The position numbers and the translations under genes were made by a program. A stretch of 64,000 bases of DNA, taken from NCBI RefSeq assembly GCF_009914755.1, contig NC_060925.1. The stretch is one strand, 5' to 3'. The notes beneath the pieces were generated by a model, which saw only the letters and a program-made list of their open reading frames with translations, made no database searches and was not told the origin of the DNA. Positions 1 to 12,975 of this stretch are shown piece by piece; the stretch's first letter is position 1, and each line of letters begins with the position of its first letter. The DNA comes from the human T2T-CHM13v2.0 reference genome, Homo sapiens.

Positions 1-539
1 AAATAACTGGAGATGAGAACATGACTGTACAAGGATGCCTGAATTAATGCAGTCTGAAAACAATCTTGTGACTTGTTTATACATTTGTGCTGAGAAGGCC
101 TGGATCTGGATGTTCTAGGGTTACTGCTCTTGTATTCAAGTAGACTACAGTGAATAAGTTTCATCAGATCTTTCAGATCTCTAGCTGTTTTTGGCTCTTA
201 ACTATCCAGCTAGAATCTTATTACTAGGGTTTCATTATCCTAATTCAGGCAGACAATGAGTAACCAGAAGGAGACTCTTACTGATGAAATCAAACCTGAA
301 AAGCTGCCATCTTGAAAGCTAGCAAATTAAATGTCGGTTGATCAACAGAAAGCAAAAAATGTCCATGTCACTGTAACTTTAATCAGAGCATCATAATGAT
401 GTTACTTTGGAAGTGAGGTGTCCTTTTTGTGAAATTTTTAACAATGGGAAGTTTTATCAATGAGACCAAAGTTCTGCCTCAAAATTTAGCACATTTAGTA
501 GCAAATAGACTTGTATATGAAGTATCAGTGGAAAATACC

Positions 540-678
540 TGCTATGATTTGAATGTGTCCCCCAAAATTTATAAATTGGCAGCTTAATTCCTAGTGTGAC
601 AGTGTTGGGAGGTGGGGCCTAAAGGGAGGTGTTTAGGTCATGAAGGCAGAGTGCTCATGACCTAAACACCTCCCATTA
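540..678 (+). mobile_element. 5' fragment of a MaLR LTR (MSTD/MLT1A-like) ending in a fold-back
   Basis: TGCTATGATTTGAATGTGTCCCCCAAAAT...AGTGTTGGGAGGTGGGGCCT matches the MST/MLT1A LTR start. Confidence 0.75.
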
Positions 679-689
679 TCTGAGTTTAA

Positions 690-950
690 GCAACTCAAAT
701 AAACTGAAAAGAACTTAGACATGAGTGATGAAAATGATGAAGGAGGTGGAAAAACTGATTTATGAGGGAAGATGAAAAGATTTTTAACATGGATAGCTTG
801 GCTAAGTGGAGAACATAGATCCTTTGATTAATAACTATGCATTCTTGAAGTGCATAAGCACTAAGAAAAAATCAGTAAGATTTTGGGTGTGGAAACATGA
901 ATAATGGAATCAATTAGCTACAGGAAAATAGGCTGAATATAAAATATAAA
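690..950 (+). mobile_element. Highly diverged L3/CR1-like fragment
   Basis: GATGAAGGAGGTGGAAAAACTGATTTATGAGGGAAGATGAAAAGA...TAGCTTGGCTAAGTGGAGA resembles the CR1 ORF2 3' region. Confidence 0.4.
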
Positions 951-1534
951 ACATTTATTTCTGGATTTTTCAGATGTGCCTCCTGAGGCGCTTTCAATGT
1001 TAAATATTTTCTAGTAAAATGGATAGGCTCTTAATATTTTTAAGCTTAAATAAAAAAGCAAAAGAAGTAAAAGCTCTGAAGGGTTTTTAAAGGATACATT
1101 TTGTTTGCAGGGGCAAGTGATTGGATTTTGTGTCCTAAACCTAGTATAATTGGGTGTAAAGCCACAGAAGGGATTCTAGTTTCTCTCTGGAAAGTTTATC
1201 TTGGGGATCTGGGGGAGACTGAGAAAAACGACTGCTAGAGCTTTGCCACTAGTGGTTCAGGCCTGAATGCACTTTGTCACCTTTTATGAGCCATCTGGTT
1301 TCATTCAGAAGTCGGGAAAGTCTAGAATTCAGAAATATTAATGAAATATATTGGCATGATCATACTAGGATGTGACTGCCAAGACAGAGGCTGCAAATGA
1401 CCTGAGATAGGGCAGGAGGGAATTCAGAGATTCCAGGCAGGGTGGCACAGTGACTTAACAGATGTACTTGGATGTCAGTCAACCCCACAAACCCAACACA
1501 CCTTGAAATTCAGGGTGCACATAACTGTTTCATT

Positions 1535-1690
1535 TCAGGCAAGTGCCTAAACTTTCCAAGCCTCAGTTTCTTCTTCTGTAAAGCGGGGCAGCTCTAGGGT
1601 TGTTGTGAGGATTATATTCAAGATTGTATGTAGTGAGCTCAGTGCAGCACCTGATTCATAGTTCAGTAAGTCTTGGTAATTGTTGTTATG
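1535..1690 (+). mobile_element. MIR
   Basis: Core GCCTCAGTTTCTTCTTCTGTAAAGCGGGG...GGGTTGTTGTGAGGATTA. Confidence 0.75.
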
Positions 1691-2186
1691 AGCCCTGCAC
1701 TCTATGTCCTCCTCACTTTGGCCACACATCTTCTATAGGTGAGTGTCAGTCATGGGCCACTGGGGAGGTTGATCCGGGAGAGAAGAGATTCTCATCAGTC
1801 TACGAGAAAGCATGGGCTATTTTACATTTCTATGTTACAGTAAATCCTCCATGGTTTAAACTAAAATCTGAATAACCTGACATGCCTCAATTAAAATATT
1901 CTAATAGGAATTTAGTTTTATAATATTTCATTATGTATAATTGATCTGTTCATTTTTCTTCTTTTCCTGACTCTTAATTTTCTAGCTTTATTTGTATTCC
2001 TTCTGTTACTGATTTTTAAGTTTCTAATTTATATTTTACTATGACTTTGTATTTCCTGGTCTTCTTATAAGTTACCTAAAATCCTTTGTGAAAGAAGTGA
2101 GGATATAAGCAAATAAATGAAATATACATAGTTTAAAAACTTGTAAAACATAGTTATATATATATATATTGTTTAAGTATATATGC

Positions 2187-2470
2187 GGCCAGGCGTGGTG
2201 GCTGATGCCTGTAATCCCAGCACTTCGGGAGGCTGAGGTGGGCAGATCATCTGAAATTAGACGTTCGAGACCAGCCTGGCTAACATGGTGAAACCCCATC
2301 TCTACTAAAAATACAAAAATTAGCTGGGTGTGGTTGCGGGCACCTGTTTCCCAGCTTCTCGGGAGGCCAAGGCAGGAGCTAATCACTTGAATCCTGGAGG
2401 CGGAGGTTGCATCAAGCCGAGATCGCACCACTGCACTCCAGCCTGGGTGACAGAGCAAGACTTTGTCTCT

Positions 2471-2508
<38 letters not shown>

Positions 2509-2515
2509 AAAAAGA
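2187..2515 (+). mobile_element. AluS, full length, long A tail
   Basis: GGCCAGGCGTGGTGGC start, dimer structure, pure A run of about 32 nt, degenerate TSD AAGTATATATGC/AAGAAAATATGC. Confidence 0.95.
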
Positions 2516-3371
2516 AAATATGCTTGTGGCATCAAACAATAAAGAAATTCATGTCGATGAAAAATAGCAAATTCAGGATGCTGATTTCTTCCTGGGGGAA
2601 GAAAATGGAATTTGGGAAAGAGAATCCAGAGGACTTTAGTTATCTTGGTAATGTTTTGAGTGGATATGGGGAAATCAGTGGAGTGTAGGCTTGGATAAAA
2701 TGACACGATCTTCACTTTCATGATCCTGGGAAAGTTGGTGTAAAGGCTGACTGACAATACTAATATTAACAATCCAAAGGTGATGAGGACTCTGAAGCAC
2801 AGTTGGCTTCTGCACGTGTGATTTGTTCTCTGTGCTTCAGCTTGAACTTTCTGATAGTGCTAATGTTCCTTGCTGGTATGAATATTTTCTGTCATTATTT
2901 TATTTTCGGGGAGCTCTCTGTACATACAAAGTTTCTATTAACAGATTTGACATCTAAAGTTGTTAACACCAAATGCTTTACAAGCACCATCTAATTCAAT
3001 CACTACTTAAATATCTTTATTTTCTCCTCCTAAATTCTTTCTGGATTCTATTCTCAGAATCAGAGCAGAAACAGCTAAATTGAAACTCCATCCTCTCTCA
3101 GAAGGATACTCAGCAGTGATGTCAAGGAATGCATTTTTAGGTATAGGACTTGGCTGAACTGGCTTGCCTGGGTTAATTGCTGTGAAAGCATGGCTCTGGC
3201 TTAGGAAGGCCTAGAAAAGGAGCAATTGGAAATTAGAACTGGAAATTGGAAAATAACAGGAAAAGGGATCAGAAGCATAAGATGGGATCTGTTTGCCAAG
3301 CACAGTTGGATACATGGGCAAGGAATTAAGTTTGGTAAACCAATAAACATCTAAAATGTGAGTCAGATCAG

Positions 3372-3485
3372 GACATCAGATGAGGAAACTGAGGCTTTGA
3401 GAACATAACTTATGTGTCGATGACCACATAGCTGGTAATTGGCAGAGATTGTCTCAAATATATATCTATCTTACGCTAGAGCTCC
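3372..3485 (-). mobile_element. MIR fragment
   Basis: CAGATGAGGAAACTGAGGCT...CCACATAGCTGGTAATTGGCAGAG. Confidence 0.75.
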
Positions 3486-4949
3486 TTCCCTTGATCTCTA
3501 TGTTATTAATTTATGTACAAATATTAGTTACTTTTACTCAGCTGAGCAAATATGTAAATTCATTCGTTTTTCTATAAAAACTTAATTTCTATCTCAAGCC
3601 CTCGTTTCTGATGCAAACATTTTAATTTAGTCATCATCAGGGAATCTCAGTCACGTTTATGTTTGTTGTCTGTCATTTCAGGTTTGAAGTTGTTCGATTG
3701 CACCTTTCTTTTCCCTGGAGTTAATGTTGTACTCAGAAGGCCATGCAAATGGAGGAGAGATGTTTATTTCATGATTTGGATTTGTTTTGGTGGCCTGCTG
3801 GGGCCCATTCATTTGGCCCTAAGGCTTGTTTCTACCATAATGGTGCCTGTGACATTTTGACGGCATTTTCAGCTGAACCCCTACAGTATGGGCCACCTTG
3901 CAGTCCCTGCATCAGCACTCCTGTTGTAATTTCCTGCAGCTCACTAGCTCTCTGTCTTTCAGACAACCGCTATGCCCAGTCTAGGGAACCTCAGCAACCT
4001 TCGCATGGTTTCCTACTGCTTCTAGGGCTAGGTGCCCCCAGATCTCCCCTTTTCTACTCTGTGATGGCCACATCCCATTGGCAGAGCCAACTGCTTTCCA
4101 GAGACTTCACCTGAAAATGGATGCCCTGATCCTCCTAAGTTTGGATACAAACATTTAATTGAAGGGCTGAAGGCATTTTTGGCTCCCCATGGGGCCTGAG
4201 CCTGAGGACGCAAGGAATTAGGAAACAGCCTCCTTGCCCCCAACCCCTCTCACGAATTGTTAACTCTCACAGCATTCTCTATCTAGACTGGGGTAGGGGT
4301 GGAGAATCAGTCTGACAACATCTACTTCCTAATCCTTTGGTCTTATTTGTGGATCTAAAAACTTTTGAAATTGCTTGTCCAGTTGTTTCTTTGTGAGACT
4401 CTCTCTTAGGGCAAAATGGTCTCTGGGATCCCAGCCTAAGTAGGGGAGGGCCACTTCAGTGAGGGGTAGGGACAGAACAGTACAGTTAGTGCTTGCATGT
4501 CATTTTCCAATTTAAGTGAAATAATTACACCATGTTAGAGACATCCTTTTCGGGGGAATTACCAAGAATTCATAATATTTTATAGAAGTTGCTGATGTTG
4601 AAAATCTGCCTAAATACTTAGGACATTATAAATTTAGCAAAAGTTACTTAATGTGCTGCTCTGCTATTCAGGAACCTTGACATTTGAGGCAAATAAAAGG
4701 GAATAGTTATGTAAGTTATAAAATTAACAAGTACTGTGGCAGTTCATGAAATACCTGAACCAAGTCTGTCTAAGCGCAGGTGTTGGGAATTCAAGGGTAA
4801 GAAAAAGTTAGCATTGACAAGGGATGCTGATTATGTAGGCTTGTGCAGCGTATACCATCAATCATCTCTGTATGCACACGAAAAACCCCTGTTACATGAT
4901 CCTTAAGGAATTGTCCAGATTCTTTTGTTCTCTTTTAAATGGTCTTATC

Positions 4950-5675
4950 CTGGACTCTTCTGTCATTTCCACATTCAAGCAGAAACCAAATTCTATCTCC
5001 AAATATTTGTCCTGGCTTTTCCATCCACATTAATACTACCTTAGTTTAGACCTTCATCATTGCTTGCTTAGAATATTACAGTAGCCACCTGACTTTTCCT
5101 GCTTCACCCAGTCCATCCTCTGCTTATATCAGGTATTCTTTGTAAAATACAAACCTGATATTTACTCCCTCCTTTAGAAACTGTGATTACTCTCTGCCAT
5201 TTACAGAGTAAAATGCCAATCTCCAAGCAAAGTGTGCAAGCAGTTTTCTTTTTGTGTCTAACCTGTGTCAGCATGTAGATATGAATTCATTCATTCACTC
5301 ATTCAATAGATATTTATTCAATGCTTTATGGAAACACATACAAATATAAATGGACACAATTTCAGCCCAGGTGAGGGGGGGGGACATAAGTGAGAAACAG
5401 GCAGAAGGGAAAGATATATGGAAACATGCAAAAGATACAGTGGAAACATTGGACAAATTCTTCCAAGAAAGTTGGGAAAGGCTCATCTTCCCCTACTACT
5501 TACTTTCCTTCTCCAATGTATGCTTTAATTCAGCTGCTCCACGTGCATATTCTTTTACCTCTGCTAGATTGTGAGCTTCTTGATTGGCAGGTTCTTCTTT
5601 CTCATCTTTGTATTCTCAGCATTGCCTAACACAGTTCTGGTACATGGTGGCACACGGCAACCCTTGATTGAATTA
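4950..5675 (+). mobile_element. L2 fragments (mixed orientation near 5285-5330)
   Basis: L2 3' motifs CTAGATTGTGAGCTTCTTGA...GCCTAACACAGTTCTGGTACATGG and ATTCATTCATTCACTCATTCAA. Confidence 0.6.
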
Positions 5676-6489
5676 GAACATTATACCTAATTTTCCCTGA
5701 AATAAGCTAAAGTTGGGAGATATATTTGTTATTGAGGGATGTTCAATACACAATATACATTGTAAATTATGTAACAAATGCATAATAAATGGCATTTGTT
5801 ACTGACAAATAATATAGTTGTTATTTCCCCTTAGTGCACCTTTAGATTTTTGCCTTAATAGCTTCTTTCCTTTTGAACCACAGCTGAAAGCTATGTGTAA
5901 TTTATTTATTCATGCTAATCATCTAGACTCTATACTTAGCATTTTCAAGGTATGGGATTCTGATATTTGTAGAGGGGCAAGCTACCTGATGATAAGAACA
6001 AACTTAATATAATAGAGCAAATACAGTGGCAAAAGCGCTGAGGGGTGGAGTAAAGAAGTCAGATTGGTCATAGAAAGCTTCACAGAGAAAGTAAGCTTCA
6101 AGCCGGATTTTCAAAGAGGGACAGGTGAAGAATGACAAGTTGAAGCCAGGAGAAAAATATCCCATGAAAAGCAGTTCATATGCAGAGGTCAGAATTATGC
6201 TTAGGGCATGAGAAACAAATTGGTGAGACTACAGGTAGTTAAGAGGACATTTAATATTTATAAATGCTTATATTTGTGCTTGCTTATATTTAGTTTTTAA
6301 AGATCTATTTTTTGCTTATAAGGCACTTGGTCAGCAATTTCTTGATTGCCTGTATTAATGGCAGGCGGTAGGAAAAAAAGGAAAAAATTAAAGTTCAGAT
6401 AGAGTCGCTTGGACATTACATTAAATTAATTTTAAATGCATAATGTTTCTTATTTTAAAGTAGAATTTTAGTATAAGCTGGTACAGTGA

Positions 6490-7005
6490 ACCATCATTAA
6501 TGTCTTCTGAACTGCCCTCCTTGCTTCTAGAACAGCATTCCCCTTCCTTTTGAAAGCCTCTCCAATCCCCTTTTGCACCTTGTTTTCCTGCTGGAAGGTT
6601 TGAATATTAGTAACATCTTGTCTGGACATAGGGGTTGACATCAGACCCAAGCTGAACCAGTTCATTCCAGGGTCTTTCCAAAATGGACTAAAGGAAGAGA
6701 GGTAATCCCTTTTGGTGATGCGTGAAGCTCAGAGATAAGAAGTGAGGAGCAGTAAACTGACCTGTTTCTGACCCTCTAAACAAGGCAGTCTGAACGAAAG
6801 AAACTGGAACTCCAGAGAGAAGACTTGAGAGACTGCAGAGCATCCCGGTCATGCTCATTCTGATGGTAATGAGCCCCACCTATTTTCTTTAAATCCAGCT
6901 GACACCTGGCACTATCCATCGCAGGCTTCTTGGCCAAAAAATTCTCCCTTTTGCTATGCAAGGTTCAGTTGCGTTTCTGTGATTTGCAGCAGAAGCTGAC
7001 CTGGG
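6490..7005 (+). mobile_element. Old MaLR LTR (MLT1K-like)
   Basis: 3' end AAATTCTCCCTTTTGCTATGCAAGGTTCAGTTGCGTTTCTGTGATTTGCAGC resembles old MLT1 termini. Confidence 0.5.
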
Positions 7006-8654
7006 TAGTTGAATGACTAACAGAATGATAAAAGGGACTTTATATTATTGTCAGGAGACTAAAATGAGGGCTAATCAGTCCTTACTTTCTACTATTATCA
7101 ATGTCTCTGATTCAAAAGAATGCCCAACCATTGTTAGGATGGTCTACATTAGAGCACCAATCCCTCAACTTCTAGAAATGCAGGTCGTTAAGAGTCATAT
7201 TCTTGCACTGGGTCTGAGTATCAGCTTTCTCAGTGTGGTAGAAAAAAAAAAAAAGACTTTAGAGTGTAGAAAAGAGAATCTGTTTCCTGGCAACTCAGGG
7301 TCCAATAGGCTCTTGTTGCTTTAGGTGCATCTGACATTCTACAAGGGGACAAAAGGACTCCTGCCGTGGCCAGATTGTTTTCATGTTTTATCTGTTTTCT
7401 TTTGGAAAAGGTTGTACCCTCTGCTTTGTTTTGTGATGTCTAGGGGTACTGCGTTTATGTGGTTTTTGGCAAGTTTGCTTGACCCTGAATTCCTCAAAGT
7501 GTCATTTTCTGAAGCAACAGAATATGTACTGAAGACGCTTTTGAAAAACAAAAAGCTTTCAGGAGGCCCTTGATTGGCTAAGGGGTAATTATTAGCCATA
7601 ATGAATATACTAGTGCTGAAACATTTTGAAGTAGAAGCAAAACATTAAAAAAATCTGGCATTAATAAATCCATGCAAGAACGCTAGGATGTCTTTCAATG
7701 ATCTCTTAAGATTTGTATTATCGTTACCAACTTTGCAACAAACATTGATTTAGTAGGGTCTAATAAAGAACATTTTGCCAAGATCTGGGGACACCAAATT
7801 GAATATAGTTCTCAACTTGTAGGGGATTACAGTCCTATACAGAAATCAGGACACAGTTTGGTATAACGAGAGTATCCCCAGGCTACACAGGAAAAAAATT
7901 TCACAATACTAGTAAAAAGCAAATACCAAAACTAGCAATATTTACTCTAGCTCATCTACTATGGATAGTGGCTTAATATTTCCACCTCAAATTTCTCGCA
8001 ACTAGTTTAGTAATCCCCAAGAAAGGATCTCGCTTGTAATAACCAACATAGACTTTTTGTTTATTTAAGTAGAGTCCGAGGGTCTCATCATGCCTTGCTG
8101 GGAAAGGTCTTCTGGCCAGTTGGAAAGCCTAACATGTTCTCTCTTTTGCTTTTGGTTTTTCCTGGATGTCTTGCCAGCATTTATCTGTAATGTCATCCTC
8201 ACTTCTTCTTTCCATGTGTAGGTCAATCTGGCTTCCTAATCAGGCTTCTATGATTCTCTCTTTTGATGTCTCATGGATCCCTGCCTCCTGCTCAAGAGAA
8301 GAAAATGCTTTCCATGCCCACTTGTTATGGCTTATTGCCTGGGCTAAAAATAAGCATTGCTTTGTGTACTCTGCGTGTTATAGAGATCCTAATGGAGCAG
8401 CACTTTTATTTATTTACTTTATAAACTCTAAGTCCCCAAACTTTTGAGTAAGTTCTGCTAGAGTTATTGGACAGCTGGGCCAGGGGACAATGAAAATAAC
8501 ATACTTCAGGTGGCACTTAAAACTACCCTCCTCTCCCACATGGACCCACTGGGCTTGAATGAATCTTTGTTAATAATAAATTACTTTCATAAGCTGCTTC
8601 TTTGCCTTTTAGGCATATAGGTCTCCTGCTATCTTACCTCAATGACTCTCTACA

Positions 8655-8800
8655 CATCTATTTATTCAATAAAATTATATCAAGTACCTACTGCGTATCA
8701 GTTACCATGCTAGGGCTTGGGGATATGGTGGTTGATGAAAGAGTCTCAGTTTCTGACATCATGTGTCTTAGCAGGAAAGATTACAGCTCCAAAAGTCTGA
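8655..8800 (-). mobile_element. L2 3' fragment
   Basis: TATTTATTCAATAAAATTATATCAAGTACCTACTGCGTATCAGTTACCATGCTAGGGCTTGGGGATA. Confidence 0.6.
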
Positions 8801-9104
8801 ATATTTAGTGGATAGACACCTTATGTTGGCTTCTAACCTCTGCTGCAGAATAGATGAACAACAGAAGGTTGCATTTGTTAAATGCCAAAGAAAGAGGTGC
8901 CATAGGACTGTAGAGAAACAGTTGATTACTGCAAAGGCTGGACTACACTCTGTGAAGGAGAAGAGAATTGAGACTTGAGGGAAAGAGAAGACTAGATGAC
9001 TGGAAATGAACAGGAATGGCATTCCAGGAAAAATGCATATGGCAGGTCCAAGAAGAGAGACGCCATATAGCACACATGCACGTCGGGAAGGATGCTCAGG
9101 ACGT

Positions 9105-9340
9105 ATGGAGTCACACTGACCTTGATTCAAATCTTAGTTTGGCCACTTGTATGGATGCATAACCTTAGACTAGTTCATTAAATTCTCTGAGCCTCAATTT
9201 CCTCTTCTGTAAAATAAGGATATCAAGACCTACTTCAAGAGTTTTCACAAGGATTCTAAGAGTACAAAGTCTATAAATAGAAATAAAACATAAATAATAG
9301 TGTCTAGCATGTAGTAAGTGCTCAAAACCTTATAAGTATT
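9105..9340 (+). mobile_element. MIR
   Basis: TCTCTGAGCCTCAATTTCCTCTTCTGTAAAATAAGGATA...CATGTAGTAAGTGCTCAA. Confidence 0.8.
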
Positions 9341-11569
9341 GCCAATTTGGTGGAGCAGATGATGCGTGTTGGGCAAAAGAAGTATTACTCATTTTGTATT
9401 TCTTTTTTCAGAGTTTACCTATTGCTGTTGAGTGGGTGAAAATGACTAAGAAACACTCTCTGCTTTGTTTCCCACAAGAGGAGAAAAAAAATCAGATGAA
9501 AAAATAATGAGGGAAATGGACTATTTTCTTTAACTTCTTTCAACCTCTCATGTGTTGAGAACTTGAATTACTGAGGCTGATTCTGTTTGTGCACAGGACA
9601 AGACACATTCTGGACAAGTTGGAGGCTGGTGGAGGAGACTCCTTTTCTCCCAGTGCTCTTTCCTCGCCTAGCAAAGCTGGGGGCACTGAGGAGGGTGGAC
9701 TATTGTAGATTTTAAGGTGATCTGACCATATCACTGTCATGTCAGAATATCAAGTTGAGTCACTTGAATTTAAAAAGCTATTAATAAACAGGGCTCTATG
9801 TTTCTCCTTCTCCTCTTAAAACACCAGTTTCTAAACACTCTGCTTTATTTGCTCCAATTTTGTCTTAACTACTTATTTGTAGAAAAATAAATTTTACTGA
9901 CCAAGTGAACTTGCTCAATTCTACTGTTGGCTTCTAATCTGTTTCATTCCAATCACTTTAAACTCAAAATCAATTGTAGTGCTATATAAACGACAACTTC
10001 AAAGTAATGATGACATTTTACACTGAAAGGACAAAACAGATCAACACCTACATTTCTCTTTTAGATTCTTCATACACAGGCTTCAAACAAGTCCTTGTTG
10101 AAATCTCATCCGAGTTGCTGTTGGAGGTACAATAAAGTCATATTAGCAGGATCAGAACCAGAAATAATATGTCTGGTTCTGTTTAGTTCTTCATGTCTCT
10201 TTGCTAAAATAATGCAAATTCATCCCAGAAAATCTAAGAAAGAAAAGCCAAGAATTATCAGTTGGAGTAAGACATTTGGTAGTTGCAATAGAAATAACCA
10301 AAGCCAGGAAGAAAGTGAATGTATTCTGTTAAACAAAAGAACAAAAACAAAAAGTAGGATAAAAGAATCATTCACGGTAGGTGAATAGTCCACAAATAAG
10401 ACAAATCGTAAAGAATTATTGCAAGGACAATGGTATACCAATATTGGGGAATGTCTTTTCTGAACTAAATGAGATAGAAGCCATTGAGTCTAAGGGATTG
10501 ATTATAACAGGAAGAACCAAATGGAATTACGAATTCCAGTGGGTTACTTTTATTTTGAATTACCAGCAGATAGAAGAGCTCAGATGATTTAATTAGCCAA
10601 GGCATCACTGAATTTTTATTTCCTGCCCTTTATGTTCCTATTATGGCTTCTTAGCCTTTTTTTTTCCGATGTTAAGCACCATTGTATTATAGTAAATTGA
10701 TTAAGTGCCTCATTGCAGCTTGCCAGTGAGAACTTCGAGGGTGTGAAACATGTCATGTTGAGTGTCCTGTGCCTGGCTCCAGACTGGGCATGAATTAGGT
10801 GCTCTGCAAAAATTGTCATGTGAATGAATAAATGAGTGTCCCTTTTCCCTGACAAATCACGCTTTCAACCCACTTCCTTGAGTACTCTTTAGATAGTCTG
10901 TTTATTCTTTTATGTCCTCTCCGTGAGTGAATTACCTCTGAAATCCAAGAAACATTAAAAAAAAAATGGAAATACAAAGTCACAAGACTTTGATTCCCAA
11001 AAGGATTTCTCCACTAACACAAAGTGTTTCATGTGTGTGAGGAGAGAACCAAAATCAGTCTGGCACCTTAGTGACAATAATTGACAGGCTAACAAGCCGT
11101 GCTTTGCCTGATAAATCGCAGAGGACTGGGTGTGTTTTTCATACCCTGCCAGTTTTAAGCTTCTATCTGACAGCTGTCTGTCAAGCTGCAGCAAGAAGAA
11201 CGGGCCCCAGGGAGACCCAGTGCTGCTCCCGAAAGCCCGGCTGGATATGAAAGTTGGCCTTGCTTTCACTACGATGCGATCTTTTTCTCTGGGTCTGAAA
11301 CCTGAGATATTTTCATTATCCCAATTTGTTAGAAAGGTGGGTCTCTGGGATTTAGAGTCAGTTGCAGTGACAGGAACTTGCCTGTCCTTAAATTCTACTG
11401 CCTGGAGACAGCCTATTAAAGGAGATATAGATTTGAGAATCAGAGAGACACTTTTACGTGTGTGAAAGTAAGCAAATATCAATGCATTCCTGAGTCTGTC
11501 AATAAGAAGTGTGTATGACACTTGTTTCACAGAACTGTTGTGAGACTGGAGGTAACAAGACTGGAGTTT

Positions 11570-11738
11570 TGTTTGGCAATGTCTAGAGACATTTTTGTCT
11601 GTCAGAACTGGTGCTGCTGGCATCTAGAAGGTAGAGACTAGAGATGCTGCTCAACAACCTACAATGCGCAGGCCACCTCCTCATAAGAAAGAGGTGTCCA
11701 GCTCAAGCGTTAGTAGTGCTGAGGCTGAGAAACCCTGC
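11570..11738 (+). mobile_element. MER20 (hAT-Charlie), 5'-truncated
   Basis: TTTGGCAATGTCTAGAGACATTTTTG...GCTGCTGGCATCTAG...GATGCTGCTCAACAACCTACAATGCGCAGG...GCTGAGGCTGAGAAACCCTG. Confidence 0.85.
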
Positions 11739-12178
11739 TGGAGACCATTCCTGCTCTAGCCCTGTGCAGAAGCTCATGGGTTTAATTTCTAGAGAGTTTG
11801 CAGCCTCTTTCTCTTTAAATAAAGCCCTCTTTGGAAACCCACCAGCCAACCAGTGCTCCCCATTTAAAAAGGATTTGGGCTTTAATCTCTTAAAATTAGG
11901 TGAAACTAAGATTTAATTTTATATGTTCTGTAACAACTCTATTTTAGTGATTCAAAGAGCCATGGTATTCCTCAGATCTGAAACCTGTGCTATCTTCTTA
12001 TGGTCTCACAAAATCCTCCAGAATATCTCCTCATACCAATGCTCATCCCTGGACACTCTCCATGGTGTGATGTGTGGGGTGTCTGCTCATGTGGGATCTG
12101 CTTTCTGGCTCCTGGCTTACTGTAATTATGGTGTCATTTTGTTGGAAGAGTTTACTCACCACCTTCAGTTTACTGGTC

Positions 12179-12554
12179 TATTATGGGCTGAATTGCCAAT
12201 CTCCCTGCAATTCATATGTTGGAGTCCTAACCCCTAGTACCTCAGTATTTGGAGCCAGGGTCTTTGAAGACATAATTAAGTTAAAATGAGGTCAGATAGG
12301 TGGGCCTTAATTAACATGATTGGTTTCCTTATAAGAAGAGGGGATTAGACACAAACACAGAGAGAAGACCATGTGGAGACACAGGGAGGACATCGCCATC
12401 TATAAGCAAAGGAGAGAGGCCTCAGAGGGAACCAACCCTGCTGACAGCTTGATCTCAGACTTCCAGCCTCCAGAACTGAGAGCCAATAGACTACTGTTGT
12501 TTAATCCACCCAATCTGTGCAACTTGGTTATGGCAGCCATAGCAAATTAATACA
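12179..12554 (+). mobile_element. MaLR solo LTR (MLT1B-like)
   Basis: TATGGGCTGAATTG start, CCTTATAAGAAGAGG, GACTTCCAGCCTCCAGAACTG, end GCAAATTAATACA. Confidence 0.85.
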
Positions 12555-12790
12555 CTGGCCTTCACATTAAGTACACCATCTTCTAAATGTAAATAGGTGC
12601 ATGTCTTCTGATTATCCAGTCCTTCTTTTTACTTATTCTGCATCCCTTTCTTTTTCTGTTCTTTCTTTCTTGTACTGGCCTGAGCTCTCCTTATACCACA
12701 CTAGAAATCATGAAGGGAACTTTGAGGGAAGGCCTGTCCTTTCTCCTTCCCTAGGTTTTCATCACTCCTGAAGTACACAGTGTTTTAATA

Positions 12791-12975
12791 TAGTGGTTCT
12801 CAATGTGTGGTCCCTGGGCCAGCAGCATCAGCGTCACCAGGGAACTTATTAAAAATGCAAATTCTCAGGCTTTCCCTCAGACCTACTGAATCAGAAACTC
12901 TAGGGATAAAGCCCAGAAATCTTCGTGTTTAAGACTTCCTGGGGATTCTTATGCACACTCAAATTTGAGACTCTA
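12791..12975. mobile_element. MER5A (hAT-Charlie)
   Basis: AGTGGTTCTCAATGTGTGGTCCC...AATGCAAATTCTCAGGC...CCTACTGAATCAGAAACTCT. Confidence 0.85.

Noticed and set aside
2072-2772. Overlapping 70-155 aa ORFs here and similar ones at other Alus
   Set aside because: Alu and poly-A/poly-T translations (e.g. LSPRLECSG, poly-F, poly-K).
4442-4472. Possible G-quadruplex (four G tracts)
   Set aside because: Needs a 12-nt loop, is isolated, and has no supporting context.
10955-11623. Longest ORF in the track (222 aa, minus strand)
   Set aside because: Starts inside MER20, has no recognisable domain or exon structure, and its composition is typical of non-coding translation.
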